Positions 1 through 10,765 of a stretch of 64,000 bases of DNA are shown piece after piece. A program made the translations under genes and the position numbers. Source of the DNA: Paracoccaceae bacterium (lineage in GTDB: Bacteria; Pseudomonadota; Alphaproteobacteria; Rhodobacterales; Rhodobacteraceae); the NCBI GenBank assembly GCA_965116235.1, contig OZ220496.1:2782693-2846692 (forward strand), in the 5' to 3' direction. The notes below the pieces were generated by a model. That model did not search any database and was not told the origin of the DNA. It saw only the letters and a list, made by a program, of their open reading frames with translations. The stretch's first letter is position 1. Every line of letters starts with the position of its first letter.

Positions 1-737
1 CCGTTCCAAGCATGAATTAAACTCTGAACGGAACGTTCGATGATGTCATCGGTGACCTGAAATCCATATTGACGAAACAGCGCCTTGGTTTGCCGCACGG
101 CCGACGGAGCTCCATGACGATATTTACTGACCGCCGAAGCATGAGTCTCGTCGAGTTTCTCAGCGGAGCATGTTTGATCCAACAGCCCTATTCCACGAGC
201 GTCATCGGCATTGAAGAACTCACCAGAAAGAAGATACCGGCTCGCTGCCTTGCTCCCGATAGCTCGGTGTACATACGGCGAGATTGTTGCCGGTATCAAT
301 CCGAGCTTGACTTCGGAGAAAGAAAATTTGGCACTCTCACAGGCTACGACCTCGTCACACAGAGTCATGAGCCCCAGCCCACCACCGAGTGCTCCTCCCT
401 GAACTTTTGCCACTATGGGAACCGGAATGTCGTACCAAGCCTTGAGCATTGCGGCCAAGAGCCAAGCTTCTTTCTCTCTTTCAGACGGCGAGCTTTCAAG
501 CTGGTGCCGCATCCATTCCAAATCCGCACCAGCACAGAACATGTCACCTCGAGCCGTCAATGAAATCAGCCTGACCGATGCCTGTGAACCGATATTCTGG
601 GCCATTTCGGCCAATTCCATAATCATGGCCGCCGAAAAGGCATTCTTTTTTCGAGGCCTGTTCAGAATGACTTCGGCCACTCCACAGGAATCAATTTTTA
701 CCTCAACCAGAGCCACCCTACACCACCCTGCTTCCAT
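1..737 (-). CDS. enoyl-CoA hydratase/isomerase (crotonase) family protein; 3' end runs off the window
   Basis: My reverse-strand translation from the ATG at 737-735 gives MEAGWCRVALVEVKIDSCGVAEVILNRPRKKNAFS...FCAGADLEWM...VQGGALGGGLGL...SEVKLGLIP, which is the crotonase fold pattern. The start abuts the stop of the upstream gene (TGAATG). Confidence 0.8.
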   Translation of the reverse strand, partial: MEAGWCRVALVEVKIDSCGVAEVILNRPRKKNAFSAAMIMELAEMAQNIGSQASVRLISLTARGDMFCAGADLEWMRHQLESSPSEREKEAWLLAAMLKAWYDIPVPIVAKVQGGALGGGLGLMTLCDEVVACESAKFSFSEVKLGLIPATISPYVHRAIGSKAASRYLLSGEFFNADDARGIGLLDQTCSAEKLDETHASAVSKYRHGAPSAVRQTKALFRQYGFQVTDDIIERSVQSLIHAWN

Positions 738-1655
738 TCAATCCGGCAGGATCATGGCTTGCTTGGTCAAACCCAGCCTTTGCCGCACGACTTCAGGCCC
801 GACCACCCTGGCTCCGAGAGCTTCAATTATGTCGACGGCTCTTTCGACCAGTTGATAATTTTGTGCCAAGACACCCCTGCTCAAATACAGATTGTCTTCA
901 AGCCCGACCCGTACATTCCCTCCAGCCAACACAGCAGCGGCAACATACGGCATCTGATTTCGACCAAGGGAAAAAGCCGAAAACGTCCAGTGGGAAGGAA
1001 CGTTGTTCACCAATGCCAAATAGGTATTCAAATCATCCGGAGCTCCCCATGGCACGCCCATGCAAAGCTGAACCAAGACTGGTTCAGGCAGGATTCCTTT
1101 TTCAACAAGCTTTTTCGCATACCACAGATTCCCTGTATCAAACACCTCGATTTCCGGCTTTACGCCATATTCAATCATGCGAGTACACATCTCATCAAGC
1201 ATTCCCGGGGGGTTCAGCATGACGTAATCGGCTTCCGCGAAATTCATTGAACCACAATCCAAGGTACAAATCTCGGGCCGGCACGACTTGATGTGAGCGA
1301 CTCTCTCCTCGGCACTGGCCAAATCCGTACCCTTGGCCAGCGGCAGCGGTGAGCCGGGATGACCGACAACCAGATCCCCACCCATGCCCGCGGTCAGATT
1401 GATGACAACATCCACCTCAGAATTTCGAATGCGCTCCGTAACCTCTTCATAGTACTTGACCATCCTGGATGGTTCCCCGGTATCAGGATTGCGAACATGG
1501 CAGTGCACCACGGCCGCACCCGCCTGAGCCGCCTCAATGGCACTTTGGGCAATCGCCTTGGGTGAGCGAGGAACGTGCGGACTTCTCAGCTGGGTTCCAC
1601 CGGAACCGGTTACTGCACAAGTGATGAACACTTCCCCGTTCGAGTCCAGTGGCAT
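738..1655 (-). CDS. beta-keto acid cleavage enzyme (BKACE/DUF849, 3-keto-5-aminohexanoate cleavage enzyme family)
   Basis: The ORF 738..1706 contains FITCAVTG...VVHCHVRNPDTGEP...LTAGMGG...VRVGLEDNLY. The longest ORF starts at a GTG (1706). An ATG at 1655 is preceded by AAGGAAAGGA and gives a typical length of 305 aa. Confidence 0.85.
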   Translation of the reverse strand: MPLDSNGEVFITCAVTGSGGTQLRSPHVPRSPKAIAQSAIEAAQAGAAVVHCHVRNPDTGEPSRMVKYYEEVTERIRNSEVDVVINLTAGMGGDLVVGHPGSPLPLAKGTDLASAEERVAHIKSCRPEICTLDCGSMNFAEADYVMLNPPGMLDEMCTRMIEYGVKPEIEVFDTGNLWYAKKLVEKGILPEPVLVQLCMGVPWGAPDDLNTYLALVNNVPSHWTFSAFSLGRNQMPYVAAAVLAGGNVRVGLEDNLYLSRGVLAQNYQLVERAVDIIEALGARVVGPEVVRQRLGLTKQAMILPD

Positions 1656-1924
1656 GCATATTCCTTTCCTTGAGTCCTCCACTACAACAATGGCAGCGAG
1701 CGGCACCGGTCAGTCATTTAGGTCTAAACCCTACAAATTTAAGTTTTCGCGATCCGATCGTCAGCATGTAATGCAGTTTGTTACCAACTGGCTTCTTGAA
1801 TTCAAGCGGGGTACAACACTACATGCCCTTCATTCTCTGCATCAGAACCTGTTTTCAGAATGAACGCCATCCCTTCCCTCCGTGCACAGTGATCGCAGAA
1901 GATTGATTATGCCATGTTATTGGA

Positions 1925-3106
1925 ATGAATATGACCGAAGTAGTAATTGTGTCCGCCGCTCGAACGCCTGTCGGCAGTTTCAACGGCTCGTTAGCGAATG
2001 TTCCGGCCCACGACTTGGGAGCACAGGTCATCGAGGCCGCCTTGTCGAGAGGTCAGGTCAGCAAGGATGACGTCTCCGAAACGATCCTGGGGCAGGTCCT
2101 GACGGCCGGTCAAGGCCAGAATCCGGCACGACAGGCGCACATCCGGGCCGGCCTTCCGGTTGCTTCGGCGGCCTGGAGCGTCAATCAGGTTTGCGGTTCG
2201 GGCCTGCGGACCGTTGCGATTGGCGCTCAGCATGTCAAACTCGGCGACGCCGAGGTGGTTGTGGCCGGCGGACAAGAAAACATGAGCCTATCGCCTCACG
2301 TCGCCAATCTTCGCGCTGGCAAGAAGATGGGCAATCTTGAGTTCGTGGATTCAATGATCAAAGATGGGCTATGGGATGCCTTCAATGGCTATCATATGGG
2401 CACTACGGCCGAAAATGTTGCCCAAAAGTGGCAGATCTCGCGAGATGACCAGGATCATTTCGCTCTCATGTCCCAGAACAAGGCCGAAGTAGCCCAGAAG
2501 AACGGCAAATTTGATGACGAGATAGTTCCGGTTCGAGTCAAGACACGAAAAGGCGAAGTCGTTGTCGACACGGACGAGTATATCCGTCACGGTGCAACCC
2601 TGGAAAGCATGCAGAAGTTGCGACCCGCCTTTGACCGAGAAGGTTCGGTAACGGCCGGCAATGCTTCGGGCATCAATGACGGTGCGGCGGTCGTGGTGTT
2701 GATGTCTGGACCGGAAGCTGAACGACGCGACCTGAAACCGCTGGCCCGAATCGCATCCTATGCGACTGCTGGCGTCGATCCGTCAATTATGGGCATCGGT
2801 CCGGTAAATGCTTCTCGAAAGGCCCTTGAAATTGCCGGCTGGTCGGTTGCTGATCTGGATCTGGTCGAGGCCAATGAAGCTTTCGCCGCTCAAGCTTGTG
2901 CGGTCAACAAGGACATGGGCTGGAACCCTGAAATCGTCAACGTGAATGGCGGGGCCATTGCAATTGGACACCCCATCGGAGCGTCGGGATGTCGAATACT
3001 GAATACCCTCCTGTTTGAAATGATCCGTCAAGACCTCAAGAAGGGCTTGGCCACGCTTTGCATTGGCGGAGGCATGGGAGTGGCCATGTGTGTTGAAAGA
3101 GACTGA
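1925..3106 (+). CDS. phaA: acetyl-CoA acetyltransferase (thiolase II)
   Basis: 393 aa with [24 protein letters not shown] and a C-terminal [10 protein letters not shown] thiolase signature. It lies directly upstream of phaB. Confidence 0.95.
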   Translation: MNMTEVVIVSAARTPVGSFNGSLANVPAHDLGAQVIEAALSRGQVSKDDVSETILGQVLTAGQGQNPARQAHIRAGLPVASAAWSVNQVCGSGLRTVAIGAQHVKLGDAEVVVAGGQENMSLSPHVANLRAGKKMGNLEFVDSMIKDGLWDAFNGYHMGTTAENVAQKWQISRDDQDHFALMSQNKAEVAQKNGKFDDEIVPVRVKTRKGEVVVDTDEYIRHGATLESMQKLRPAFDREGSVTAGNASGINDGAAVVVLMSGPEAERRDLKPLARIASYATAGVDPSIMGIGPVNASRKALEIAGWSVADLDLVEANEAFAAQACAVNKDMGWNPEIVNVNGGAIAIGHPIGASGCRILNTLLFEMIRQDLKKGLATLCIGGGMGVAMCVERD

Positions 3107-3138
3107 GTGGAGTTCAATGAACTGCAAGGGAAAAAACA

Positions 3139-3861
3139 ATGAGTAGAGTTGCATTGGTAACGGGCGGCACCCGTGGCATCGGAGCGGCCATCTCGCGCCG
3201 GTTGAAAGACCATGGATATCAAGTCGCCGCCAGCTACGCCGGCAATGACGAGGCGGCAAACAAGTTTGCACAGGAAACAGACATAGCCGTGTTCAAGTGG
3301 TCGGTTGCCGACTACGACGCGTGCGCTTCAGGTGTCAGAGACGTCGAGGCAAAACTGGGACCGGTCGAGATTCTGGTCAACAATGCCGGGATCACCCGTG
3401 ACAAGATGTTTCACCGGATGACAGCGGAGGAATGGAATGCCGTCATCAACACGAACCTGAACGGTCTCTTCAACATGACCCATCAGGTCTGGAACGGCAT
3501 GCGTGACCGGGGATTTGGTCGTATCATAAACATTTCTTCAATCAATGGCCTCAAGGGGCAGATAGGACAAACCAACTACTCCGCCGCGAAGGCTGGCGAC
3601 ATCGGCTTTACCAAGGCCTTGGCGCAAGAAGGCGCTTTCAAGGGAATTACCGTCAATGCCATTACCCCCGGTTACATTGCAACGGAAATGGTCATGGCGG
3701 TTGATCAGAAGGTCCTTGACGGCATAACCAAGGGAATCCCGGTCGGACGTTTGGGCAAACCTGAGGAAATTGCCGCCTGCGTCGCATTTTTGGCATCCGA
3801 TGATTCCGGCTTCATTACCGGCTCGACTCTCAGTGCCAACGGCGGCCAGTACATGCATTAA
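3139..3861 (+). CDS. phaB: acetoacetyl-CoA reductase (SDR)
   Basis: 240 aa with VALVTGGTRGIG, NNAGITRD, the YSAAKAG catalytic motif and a C-terminal GSTLSANGGQYMH. Confidence 0.95.
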   Translation: MSRVALVTGGTRGIGAAISRRLKDHGYQVAASYAGNDEAANKFAQETDIAVFKWSVADYDACASGVRDVEAKLGPVEILVNNAGITRDKMFHRMTAEEWNAVINTNLNGLFNMTHQVWNGMRDRGFGRIINISSINGLKGQIGQTNYSAAKAGDIGFTKALAQEGAFKGITVNAITPGYIATEMVMAVDQKVLDGITKGIPVGRLGKPEEIAACVAFLASDDSGFITGSTLSANGGQYMH

Positions 3862-3940
3862 GACCGAAGAATGAGGCTCGTCGAGATGCCGTGCCCTGAA
3901 TGCGCTTGATTGCCTGTCGGTGCCCCAAACCTCGCTGAAG

Positions 3941-5131
3941 TCAATTTTTCAGCATCCTGACCGAATCGACGATGATTTCGGCAACCAGGCGGCAGTCGGC
4001 AACGGTAAAGGTCAGGGGTATGCGCATGTCCATCAGATTCTTGAGAATCTTCATGGTCTGAGGACATTCCTGATGATCCAGGTATTTCCAGCTGTCAAAT
4101 CGTGAGGTATATCCTTCGGGCTGTTCGGCCCCGAACCATTTCAATTCGACACCGCGGAATCGACACAGCCTCAGGAACTCCCTGATGTCTTGAGGGGTAT
4201 CAAACTCTACAAAAAACTGGATGGAAGAACCGACAAAACGTTCCCCTGCCCGTCTATCCGTTATCGAGATCCATGGCGAACGGCTCAGCTGCTCAGCGAT
4301 TGCCCGATAGCGCTTGTTCCACCGCTCACACTGCTTGTCCAGCTGGACCAGTTGGGGACGAAGAATAGCCGCCCTGAGATTGTCCATTCGGCCTGAACAG
4401 TTGGGAATCTGCATCTTGATATCGTCGAAACAACCTAGATCTGGACGGGCCAAATGCCGATCGAACAGCATGTAACTGCCGGCGAGCACAATGGCTTTCG
4501 CCATGATGTCATCACTGTTTGTAACCAGCAGCCCCCCTTCGCCAGAGTTCATATGCTTATAGGTCTGGGTCGAGAAGCAGCTGACAATCCCATGTCGCCC
4601 TGAGGGAACTCCCTGCCAAAAGGCCCCCATGGTATGGGCGCAGTCCTCAATCAGAATCAGGTGAAGCCTTGTACAAAGGGCAACCAGCTCGTTCATGTCG
4701 CAGATGTGTCCCCGCATGTGCGAAAGAACCAACACGCTGGCTCCCGACGTTCTGGCCTTTTGTTCCAAGTCGGCGAAGTCAATTGTCAGATCACCGCCGA
4801 TCTCGACCAGTACAGATCGTGCTCCCACGCTGTCTATCGCTCCTGGCACCGGGGCAAGAGTGAAGGCATTGGTCAGCACCTTGTCGTCCCTTTGAACGCC
4901 AACTGCCCTGAGTGCACAGGATATGGCATACCCGCCAGATGCCACCGCCAAGCAGTACCGAGTGCCCACATACTTGGCAAATTCCTGTTCAAGCCGTGAG
5001 GTCTCAGAAATTTCCCCTTCGATCACGTTGTATCGGTGCAGCCGCCCATGACGCAATACCGCAATGGCGGCATTGACTGCATGCTCGTCCAGAGATTCCT
5101 GCTGGGTAAAGCTTCGGTGAAACTTTCGCAT
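3941..5131 (-). CDS. DegT/DnrJ/EryC1/StrS family PLP-dependent aminotransferase
   Basis: Contains LAVASGGYAI, IEDCAHTMGA and the PLP-lysine context FSTQTYKHMNSGEGG. The longest ORF starts at a GTG (5158). An ATG at 5131 has a GAGAGGAAA Shine-Dalgarno sequence (SD). Confidence 0.85.
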   Translation of the reverse strand: MRKFHRSFTQQESLDEHAVNAAIAVLRHGRLHRYNVIEGEISETSRLEQEFAKYVGTRYCLAVASGGYAISCALRAVGVQRDDKVLTNAFTLAPVPGAIDSVGARSVLVEIGGDLTIDFADLEQKARTSGASVLVLSHMRGHICDMNELVALCTRLHLILIEDCAHTMGAFWQGVPSGRHGIVSCFSTQTYKHMNSGEGGLLVTNSDDIMAKAIVLAGSYMLFDRHLARPDLGCFDDIKMQIPNCSGRMDNLRAAILRPQLVQLDKQCERWNKRYRAIAEQLSRSPWISITDRRAGERFVGSSIQFFVEFDTPQDIREFLRLCRFRGVELKWFGAEQPEGYTSRFDSWKYLDHQECPQTMKILKNLMDMRIPLTFTVADCRLVAEIIVDSVRMLKN

Positions 5132-5173
5132 TTTCCTCTCAGGACTAAGCCCCCGCACGATTGCAACTGGGGG

Positions 5174-5941
5174 TCAGGTCACAAACTGGTCAGTCACCAA
5201 AGAGTTGGCGATTTCAGGAAGGCCATGGTAACTCGTTAGGATCCGATCGGGCCTGATTTCGGCGATTCGCTTTCCCATGGGTCCGAATCCTACGAGAACG
5301 ATGGGAATGCCAGCCCCTCGAGCGGTTTCGAGATCCGTGACGGTGTCCCCGATGAGCACTGATCTCGATATCGTTCCCCCCATGGCTTCTATGGTTTTGG
5401 TGAGCGCTCTGGGATCCGGTTTACGAAAAGGGTATGTATCCGCCCCGACCAACGATCTGAAATGACCCAGAATCCCGAGTTTGTCGAGCAGAATCCGGGC
5501 CAGCCTCTCCGGTTTGTTTGTACAAACTCCCAATGACCACTCCTTTTGAGTCAACTCAACCAGAATTTCATGCACGCCGTCGTACAGGTACGTGAACGTA
5601 TCAATTGCATTTTCGTAATTCTGGAGAAGCAAGATATACTGCTCGTCAATTTCTTCATGGGTGGGATCGGCATCCATGCGTTGAAAACCCAGCCTGATCA
5701 TGGCCCGGCCACCCTTGAATGCGGTCAGCTTGTCCTCAACAGGACACAGCATCTCGCCCACTCCTAAGTCGATGAAGCACTGATTGGCGGCATTGATCAA
5801 GTCGTGACCTGTATCCGCCAGGGTTCCATCCAGATCAAAGATAACTGACTTGTTGTCGTGCTGCAAACTCAATCGCCCGGTCCCATCCCTGTCAATGGCT
5901 CGACATGTAGCTTGATCAAAGTTCGCAACGATAGCACACAT
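5174..5941 (-). CDS. HAD-superfamily hydrolase, phosphoglycolate phosphatase-like
   Basis: HAD motifs VIFDLDGTLADT, GVCTNKP and GDTVTDLETARGAG. The longest ORF (to 6103) would overlap the divergent glmU start. The ATG at 5941, or a TTG further in, is more plausible. The start is uncertain. Confidence 0.75.
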   Translation of the reverse strand: MCAIVANFDQATCRAIDRDGTGRLSLQHDNKSVIFDLDGTLADTGHDLINAANQCFIDLGVGEMLCPVEDKLTAFKGGRAMIRLGFQRMDADPTHEEIDEQYILLLQNYENAIDTFTYLYDGVHEILVELTQKEWSLGVCTNKPERLARILLDKLGILGHFRSLVGADTYPFRKPDPRALTKTIEAMGGTISRSVLIGDTVTDLETARGAGIPIVLVGFGPMGKRIAEIRPDRILTSYHGLPEIANSLVTDQFVT

Positions 5942-6141
5942 TCTGATGAATGACCACTCGTTTATCTTACACTCACCCAGAACGGTCTCAACGACGCCTC
6001 GAACCTCAACGGGCAACAGTGAATGCGGGTCGTCTCTTCCTCTGCCCAATGAAACATTATTTGTATTGCAAGTTCCGGTAACGAAATCTACTCTCGTTGC
6101 CAATAATCAAGCCAGATGTGAGGCGGAGCGGTATTGAAGCC

Positions 6142-7464
6142 ATGAACGTTGCTGTCGTGTTACTTGGGGCCGGCAAAGGCAGTCGGATGCAGTCTCAAGA
6201 GCCAAAGGTTCTGCACGAGATTGCCGGAGCCCCAATGTACTATCATGCGTTTCAGGCGGCACAAGACCTCAAGCCGACTCGAACCGTATTTGTAACCGGA
6301 CCTGAAAACCGGAAAATAATCAACTCCCTGCAAGCATTTGATGTTTCGGCCGAAGTCGTTGTCCAGCCGCAGCAGTTGGGTACGGGGCATGCAGTTTCGC
6401 TGGCGATGCAGGAACTGGGAAATTTTGCGGGGACCGTCCTTGTACTTTATGGTGATACTCCTTTGCTCAAACCCACCTCCCTGCAACGCTTGCTCAAATC
6501 GGCTGAAGACGGTTCCTCCTTCGCTTTTCTGGGATTCGAGGCTACGAATCCAAGGCGGTACGGACGGGTGTTTCTAGACGATGCGGGCTATGTAAGCCGA
6601 ATACGGGAAGCCAAAGACCTGGAGCCGGGCGAATCAAGGCACAATCTTTGCAATGGCGGCATATTGTGCGGCCAGGCAAAAGCCTTGACCGAACTAATCC
6701 CTCTAATCCGCAATGACAATGCCAGCGGAGAATACTATCTCACCGACATACCGGAAATCGCGCGGATGAGAGGGATCCGAACTTTTCTTGCCCGTTGCAC
6801 GGAGGCTGAAGCCATGGGCATAAACACCCGCAGCGAACTGGCGGCCGCTGAAGCCGAGTATCAGTGCCGGGCCAGAGAATTGTTCATGGCCCGGGGGGTC
6901 AGTCTTGTTGATCCTCAATCGGTCTACTTCAGTTACGATACAGACATCAACCCGGATGTGAGAATTGAACCCAACGTCGTGATCGGCAGGGGTGTGTCGC
7001 TTCAGTCCCATGTAGTCATACATTCCTTTTCTTATCTGGAAGGATGCTCGATCGCTTCGGGAGTCCGTATTGGTCCTTTTGCCCGTATTCGGCCTGGAAC
7101 GCACATTGATGTGGGCGCCCGCGTGGGCAACTTCGTTGAAATCAAGGCGACCGCACTCGGGGCCGGGGCAAAGGTTTCCCATCTGACTTATGTCGGCGAT
7201 GCCGAGGTCGGCAAAGACACGAACATTGGAGCCGGGACAGTCTTCTGCAATTACGATGGCACACGAAAAAACAGGACGGTCGTCGGCGACAATGCCTTCA
7301 TAGGCTCGAATACCCTCTTGGTTGCGCCAGTCGAAGTGGGCGATGGCGCCATTACGGGGGCGGGAACGGTGGTTACTCGCAATGTGCCGGCCGATTCACT
7401 GGGAATCGCTCGTTCAAAGCAAATCAACAAGGTTGGCCTAGCGCCCCGTTTCCGATCCAGGTAA
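6142..7464 (+). CDS. glmU: bifunctional UDP-N-acetylglucosamine pyrophosphorylase / glucosamine-1-phosphate N-acetyltransferase
   Basis: N-terminal VVLLGAGKGSRM nucleotidyltransferase motif and C-terminal hexapeptide repeats (left-handed beta-helix). The ATG at 6142 (MNVAVV) is preferred over the TTG at 6097. Confidence 0.95.
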   Translation: MNVAVVLLGAGKGSRMQSQEPKVLHEIAGAPMYYHAFQAAQDLKPTRTVFVTGPENRKIINSLQAFDVSAEVVVQPQQLGTGHAVSLAMQELGNFAGTVLVLYGDTPLLKPTSLQRLLKSAEDGSSFAFLGFEATNPRRYGRVFLDDAGYVSRIREAKDLEPGESRHNLCNGGILCGQAKALTELIPLIRNDNASGEYYLTDIPEIARMRGIRTFLARCTEAEAMGINTRSELAAAEAEYQCRARELFMARGVSLVDPQSVYFSYDTDINPDVRIEPNVVIGRGVSLQSHVVIHSFSYLEGCSIASGVRIGPFARIRPGTHIDVGARVGNFVEIKATALGAGAKVSHLTYVGDAEVGKDTNIGAGTVFCNYDGTRKNRTVVGDNAFIGSNTLLVAPVEVGDGAITGAGTVVTRNVPADSLGIARSKQINKVGLAPRFRSR

Positions 7465-7471
7465 GACGTCC

Positions 7472-9292
7472 ATGTGCGGCATTATCGGCTATTTGGGAGC
7501 GCATGAAGCCTCGCCAATCATTTTGGACGCCCTCAGAAAACTTGAGTATCGAGGCTATGACAGTGCCGGAATTGCCACGATCTTCAAGGGGCGTCTCGAT
7601 CGCCGACGCACTTCAGGCCGAATTGACAACCTCGCCGATACGCTCGTTCGAAACCCCATCCGAGGGACCATAGGCATTGGACACACGAGGTGGGCAACGC
7701 ACGGCCCTCCGAATGAACAAAATGCTCATCCTCACCATACGTCCAACGTATCCGTTGTTCACAACGGCATCATCGAAAACTTCAAGGACATAAAAGACAG
7801 TCTCCAGGCCGATCGGTATGCGTTTTATTCCGAAACGGATACGGAAGCGATCTCGACCTTGGTCCAAAAATACATTGACGACGGCTGCAAGGAAATTGAA
7901 GCGGTCCACAGGTCGTTGGCCATTCTTCAAGGTCAATACGCCCTTTGCTTTCTTTTTGCAGGTCACGACGACACCATCATCGCCGCTCGCAAGGGTTCCC
8001 CTCTGGTCATCGGTCACGGAAGCGATGCCATGTACATTGCCTCGGATGCCTATGGCCTGAACGGATTAACCGATACCATCACATATCTGGAAGAAGGAGA
8101 CTCAGCCATAGTGGCGCGCTCGGGGGTCAGCATTTTCGATTGTCATCAAAAACTAGTCCAGCGCGACAAGAACATAGTCTCAATTGAAACTGGCCATCAT
8201 TTGAAAGGCCAGTACAAACATTTCATGCTCAGAGAAATTCATGAGCAACCGGAGGCCTTGTCCAAGGCCGTAGGAAGCCTTTTCCAATCCGAGCAGCTCA
8301 ATGCCCAAACGATTGACAGCATTAGCCATCAGGACATAGGCCGAATCAATCTCATTGGGTGCGGCACAGCCGCCTACGCCTGCCAAATCGGCAGTTACTG
8401 GTTTGAACATCTTGTTCAAATCGCTTCCAGGGCTGAAGTGGCGTCAGAATTTCGTTACCGGAATGCCGTAGTCGAAAAAAACGATCTTTCGATTTTTGTG
8501 AGTCAGTCGGGTGAAACGGCCGATACTCTGGCGGCCCTGCGATACATCATAAAGCATCAGGCCAGCAATCTGGCAGTGCTGAATGCATCCGCCTGTTCCA
8601 TGGAAAGGGAGAGTGCACGATCCCTGTCAATACATGCAGGATATGAGTTCAGTGTCGCCTCAACCAAAGCCTTCACCAGTCAACTCGCCATTCTGGCCGG
8701 ATTGGGATTGATTCTCGGGCACCGCAAGGGAACCGTGTCGGATAAGCGGTTCAATACCCTCAAGGCCGACCTCTTGGCGATGCCCGGCTTAGTCAGTACG
8801 GCCCTGGGCCTGAAAGATGATGTGATCAAGATTGCCCAATTTCTCGCGGGGTGTTCTGCCGCAATTTACATCGGGCGAGGGGTCATGTATCCGACGGCAC
8901 TTGAGGGCGCTCTCAAACTCAAGGAAATTACCTACATTCATGCCGAAGGCATGGCCTCGGGCGAACTCAAGCATGGACCAATTGCCTTGATTGATGAAAA
9001 GGTCCCGACCATCGTGCTTGCGCCTCGAAACGACCTGTTCCACAAGACCATCAGCAATTTGAAGGAAATAAGGGCTCGGGGCGGGCCAGTTATACTGATC
9101 TCGGACCGGGAAGGGATCTCTGAAGCTGGTGAAGAGGCCGCCTTCACTTTGACCCTGCCCAAAATAAACCCGCTGCTCGCCCCAATCCTGTATGCCATTC
9201 CCTTGCAAATGCTCGCCTATTACGCGTCGACCAAAAAAGGATTGGATGTGGACAAGCCTCGACATCTCGCAAAATCCGTAACGGTCGAGTGA
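7472..9292 (+). CDS. glmS: glutamine--fructose-6-phosphate aminotransferase
   Basis: 606 aa with N-terminal MCGIIGY (Ntn Cys), two SIS domains and a C-terminal LAKSVTVE. Confidence 0.97.
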   Translation: MCGIIGYLGAHEASPIILDALRKLEYRGYDSAGIATIFKGRLDRRRTSGRIDNLADTLVRNPIRGTIGIGHTRWATHGPPNEQNAHPHHTSNVSVVHNGIIENFKDIKDSLQADRYAFYSETDTEAISTLVQKYIDDGCKEIEAVHRSLAILQGQYALCFLFAGHDDTIIAARKGSPLVIGHGSDAMYIASDAYGLNGLTDTITYLEEGDSAIVARSGVSIFDCHQKLVQRDKNIVSIETGHHLKGQYKHFMLREIHEQPEALSKAVGSLFQSEQLNAQTIDSISHQDIGRINLIGCGTAAYACQIGSYWFEHLVQIASRAEVASEFRYRNAVVEKNDLSIFVSQSGETADTLAALRYIIKHQASNLAVLNASACSMERESARSLSIHAGYEFSVASTKAFTSQLAILAGLGLILGHRKGTVSDKRFNTLKADLLAMPGLVSTALGLKDDVIKIAQFLAGCSAAIYIGRGVMYPTALEGALKLKEITYIHAEGMASGELKHGPIALIDEKVPTIVLAPRNDLFHKTISNLKEIRARGGPVILISDREGISEAGEEAAFTLTLPKINPLLAPILYAIPLQMLAYYASTKKGLDVDKPRHLAKSVTVE

Positions 9293-9628
9293 CGGGTATA
9301 TCGAACTGTATGCAAGGAAACGAATGCCCGTCCAGATGGTTTGATTGGCTCAATTTACCGGGAAGGACAGAAGAACAGCCAATGGCAAATTCTTTCCCGG
9401 TGCCAGGACAATCTTTCATTTGACGTCCGTGGAAGAATCTTGTAACCCTTTTGCAGTGTAAAGGAAAGCAGGCAAGAGCGGCATTGTTCGTGAATATCTT
9501 GCCTTTGTGGGGGTTGTGGCACCCGGCAAATCGCCAGCATTCCGGCGAGGACCGTCGAAGAGAACTTGAAAACCGTGGCAGAAACTGAAAACTAACGCAC
9601 TGAAATTCATACCAACGGGAGAATCACG

Positions 9629-10714
9629 ATGAAAAGACGAACTTTCCTAACAACCGGAGCCGTCGGACTGGCTGCGAGTTCACTCGCGGCCCCAGCAGTC
9701 GCACAAGGCAAGCGACAGTGGAAAATGGTCACAGCGTGGCCAAAGAATCTACCCGGTCCCGGCGTGGCCGCACAAAGCTTGGCCAATCGTATCACGGCCT
9801 TGTCTGGCGGTCTCATCGAAGTCAAGCTCTTTGCAGCCGGCGAGCTTGTGCCCGGTCGGGGCGTTTTTGATGCCGTGAGCGAAGGTACCGCCGAGTTGTA
9901 TCATGCCGTGCCCGCATACTGGGGATCAAAATCCAAAGGAATTTTGCTGTTTGGATCCCAGCCGTTTGGCCTGCGCGCCGACGAACAGTTTGGCTGGCTC
10001 TTCCATGGTGGCGGTCAAGACCTCTATGACGAAATGTATGCCCGCTTCAACTTGAAGCCGTTCTTGTGTGGCAACTCGGGTCCTCAGTGGGGCGGCTGGT
10101 TCCGAAATGAAGTGAACTCCGTTGATGATCTGAGAGGCCTTAAGTTCCGCACAACCGGCCTGGCTTCAGAAATGGCCAACAAGATTGGCATGGCGGCCGA
10201 AGCCATGTCCGGTCCAGCCATGTTTCAGGCCCTTCAAACAGGCGCCCTTGATGCTGGCGAGTTCATTGGCCCATGGACCGATAGCTCTCTAGGATACTTC
10301 CAGGTCGCAAAGAATTACTACTGGCCCGGTGTTGGCGAACCATCCTCAGCGGAAGAATGCGCAGTCAATGCGGATGTCTACAACGCCCTTCCCGATGACC
10401 TTCAGCAAGCTGTCAGTTTGGCGTGCGAGAGCCTCTACAACCCGGTCTGGACAGAATACACAACCAAACATGCGGCGGCGCTCAAGAAACTGGTTGAGGA
10501 AGAAGGCGTTCATGTCAGAAAGTTCCCGGACAGCATCATAGACGCCATGGGCAAGGCGGCCATGGAACTCATTGGCGATCTTCGACAGAACGACGATGAA
10601 CTGGTCCGGCGCATCACGGAGAGCTTTGTTGCATACCGTGACAGCGTTGGCGACTACATGACATATGCTGACAACGGCCAGATGAATGCCCGTGCCGCAG
10701 TCATGGGCTATTAA
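9629..10714 (+). CDS. TRAP transporter substrate-binding protein (DctP-type) with a Tat-like signal
   Basis: MKRRTFLTTGAVGLAASSLAAPAVAQG is a twin-arginine-type signal. The following WKMVTAWPKNLPG... is typical of the COG4663 TRAP periplasmic component. Permease genes follow. Confidence 0.9.
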   Translation: MKRRTFLTTGAVGLAASSLAAPAVAQGKRQWKMVTAWPKNLPGPGVAAQSLANRITALSGGLIEVKLFAAGELVPGRGVFDAVSEGTAELYHAVPAYWGSKSKGILLFGSQPFGLRADEQFGWLFHGGGQDLYDEMYARFNLKPFLCGNSGPQWGGWFRNEVNSVDDLRGLKFRTTGLASEMANKIGMAAEAMSGPAMFQALQTGALDAGEFIGPWTDSSLGYFQVAKNYYWPGVGEPSSAEECAVNADVYNALPDDLQQAVSLACESLYNPVWTEYTTKHAAALKKLVEEEGVHVRKFPDSIIDAMGKAAMELIGDLRQNDDELVRRITESFVAYRDSVGDYMTYADNGQMNARAAVMGY

Positions 10715-10765
10715 TAGAGTCCAGGCCCGGTACCTGATTGGTACCGGGTTCGCAGCAAGGCCAAC

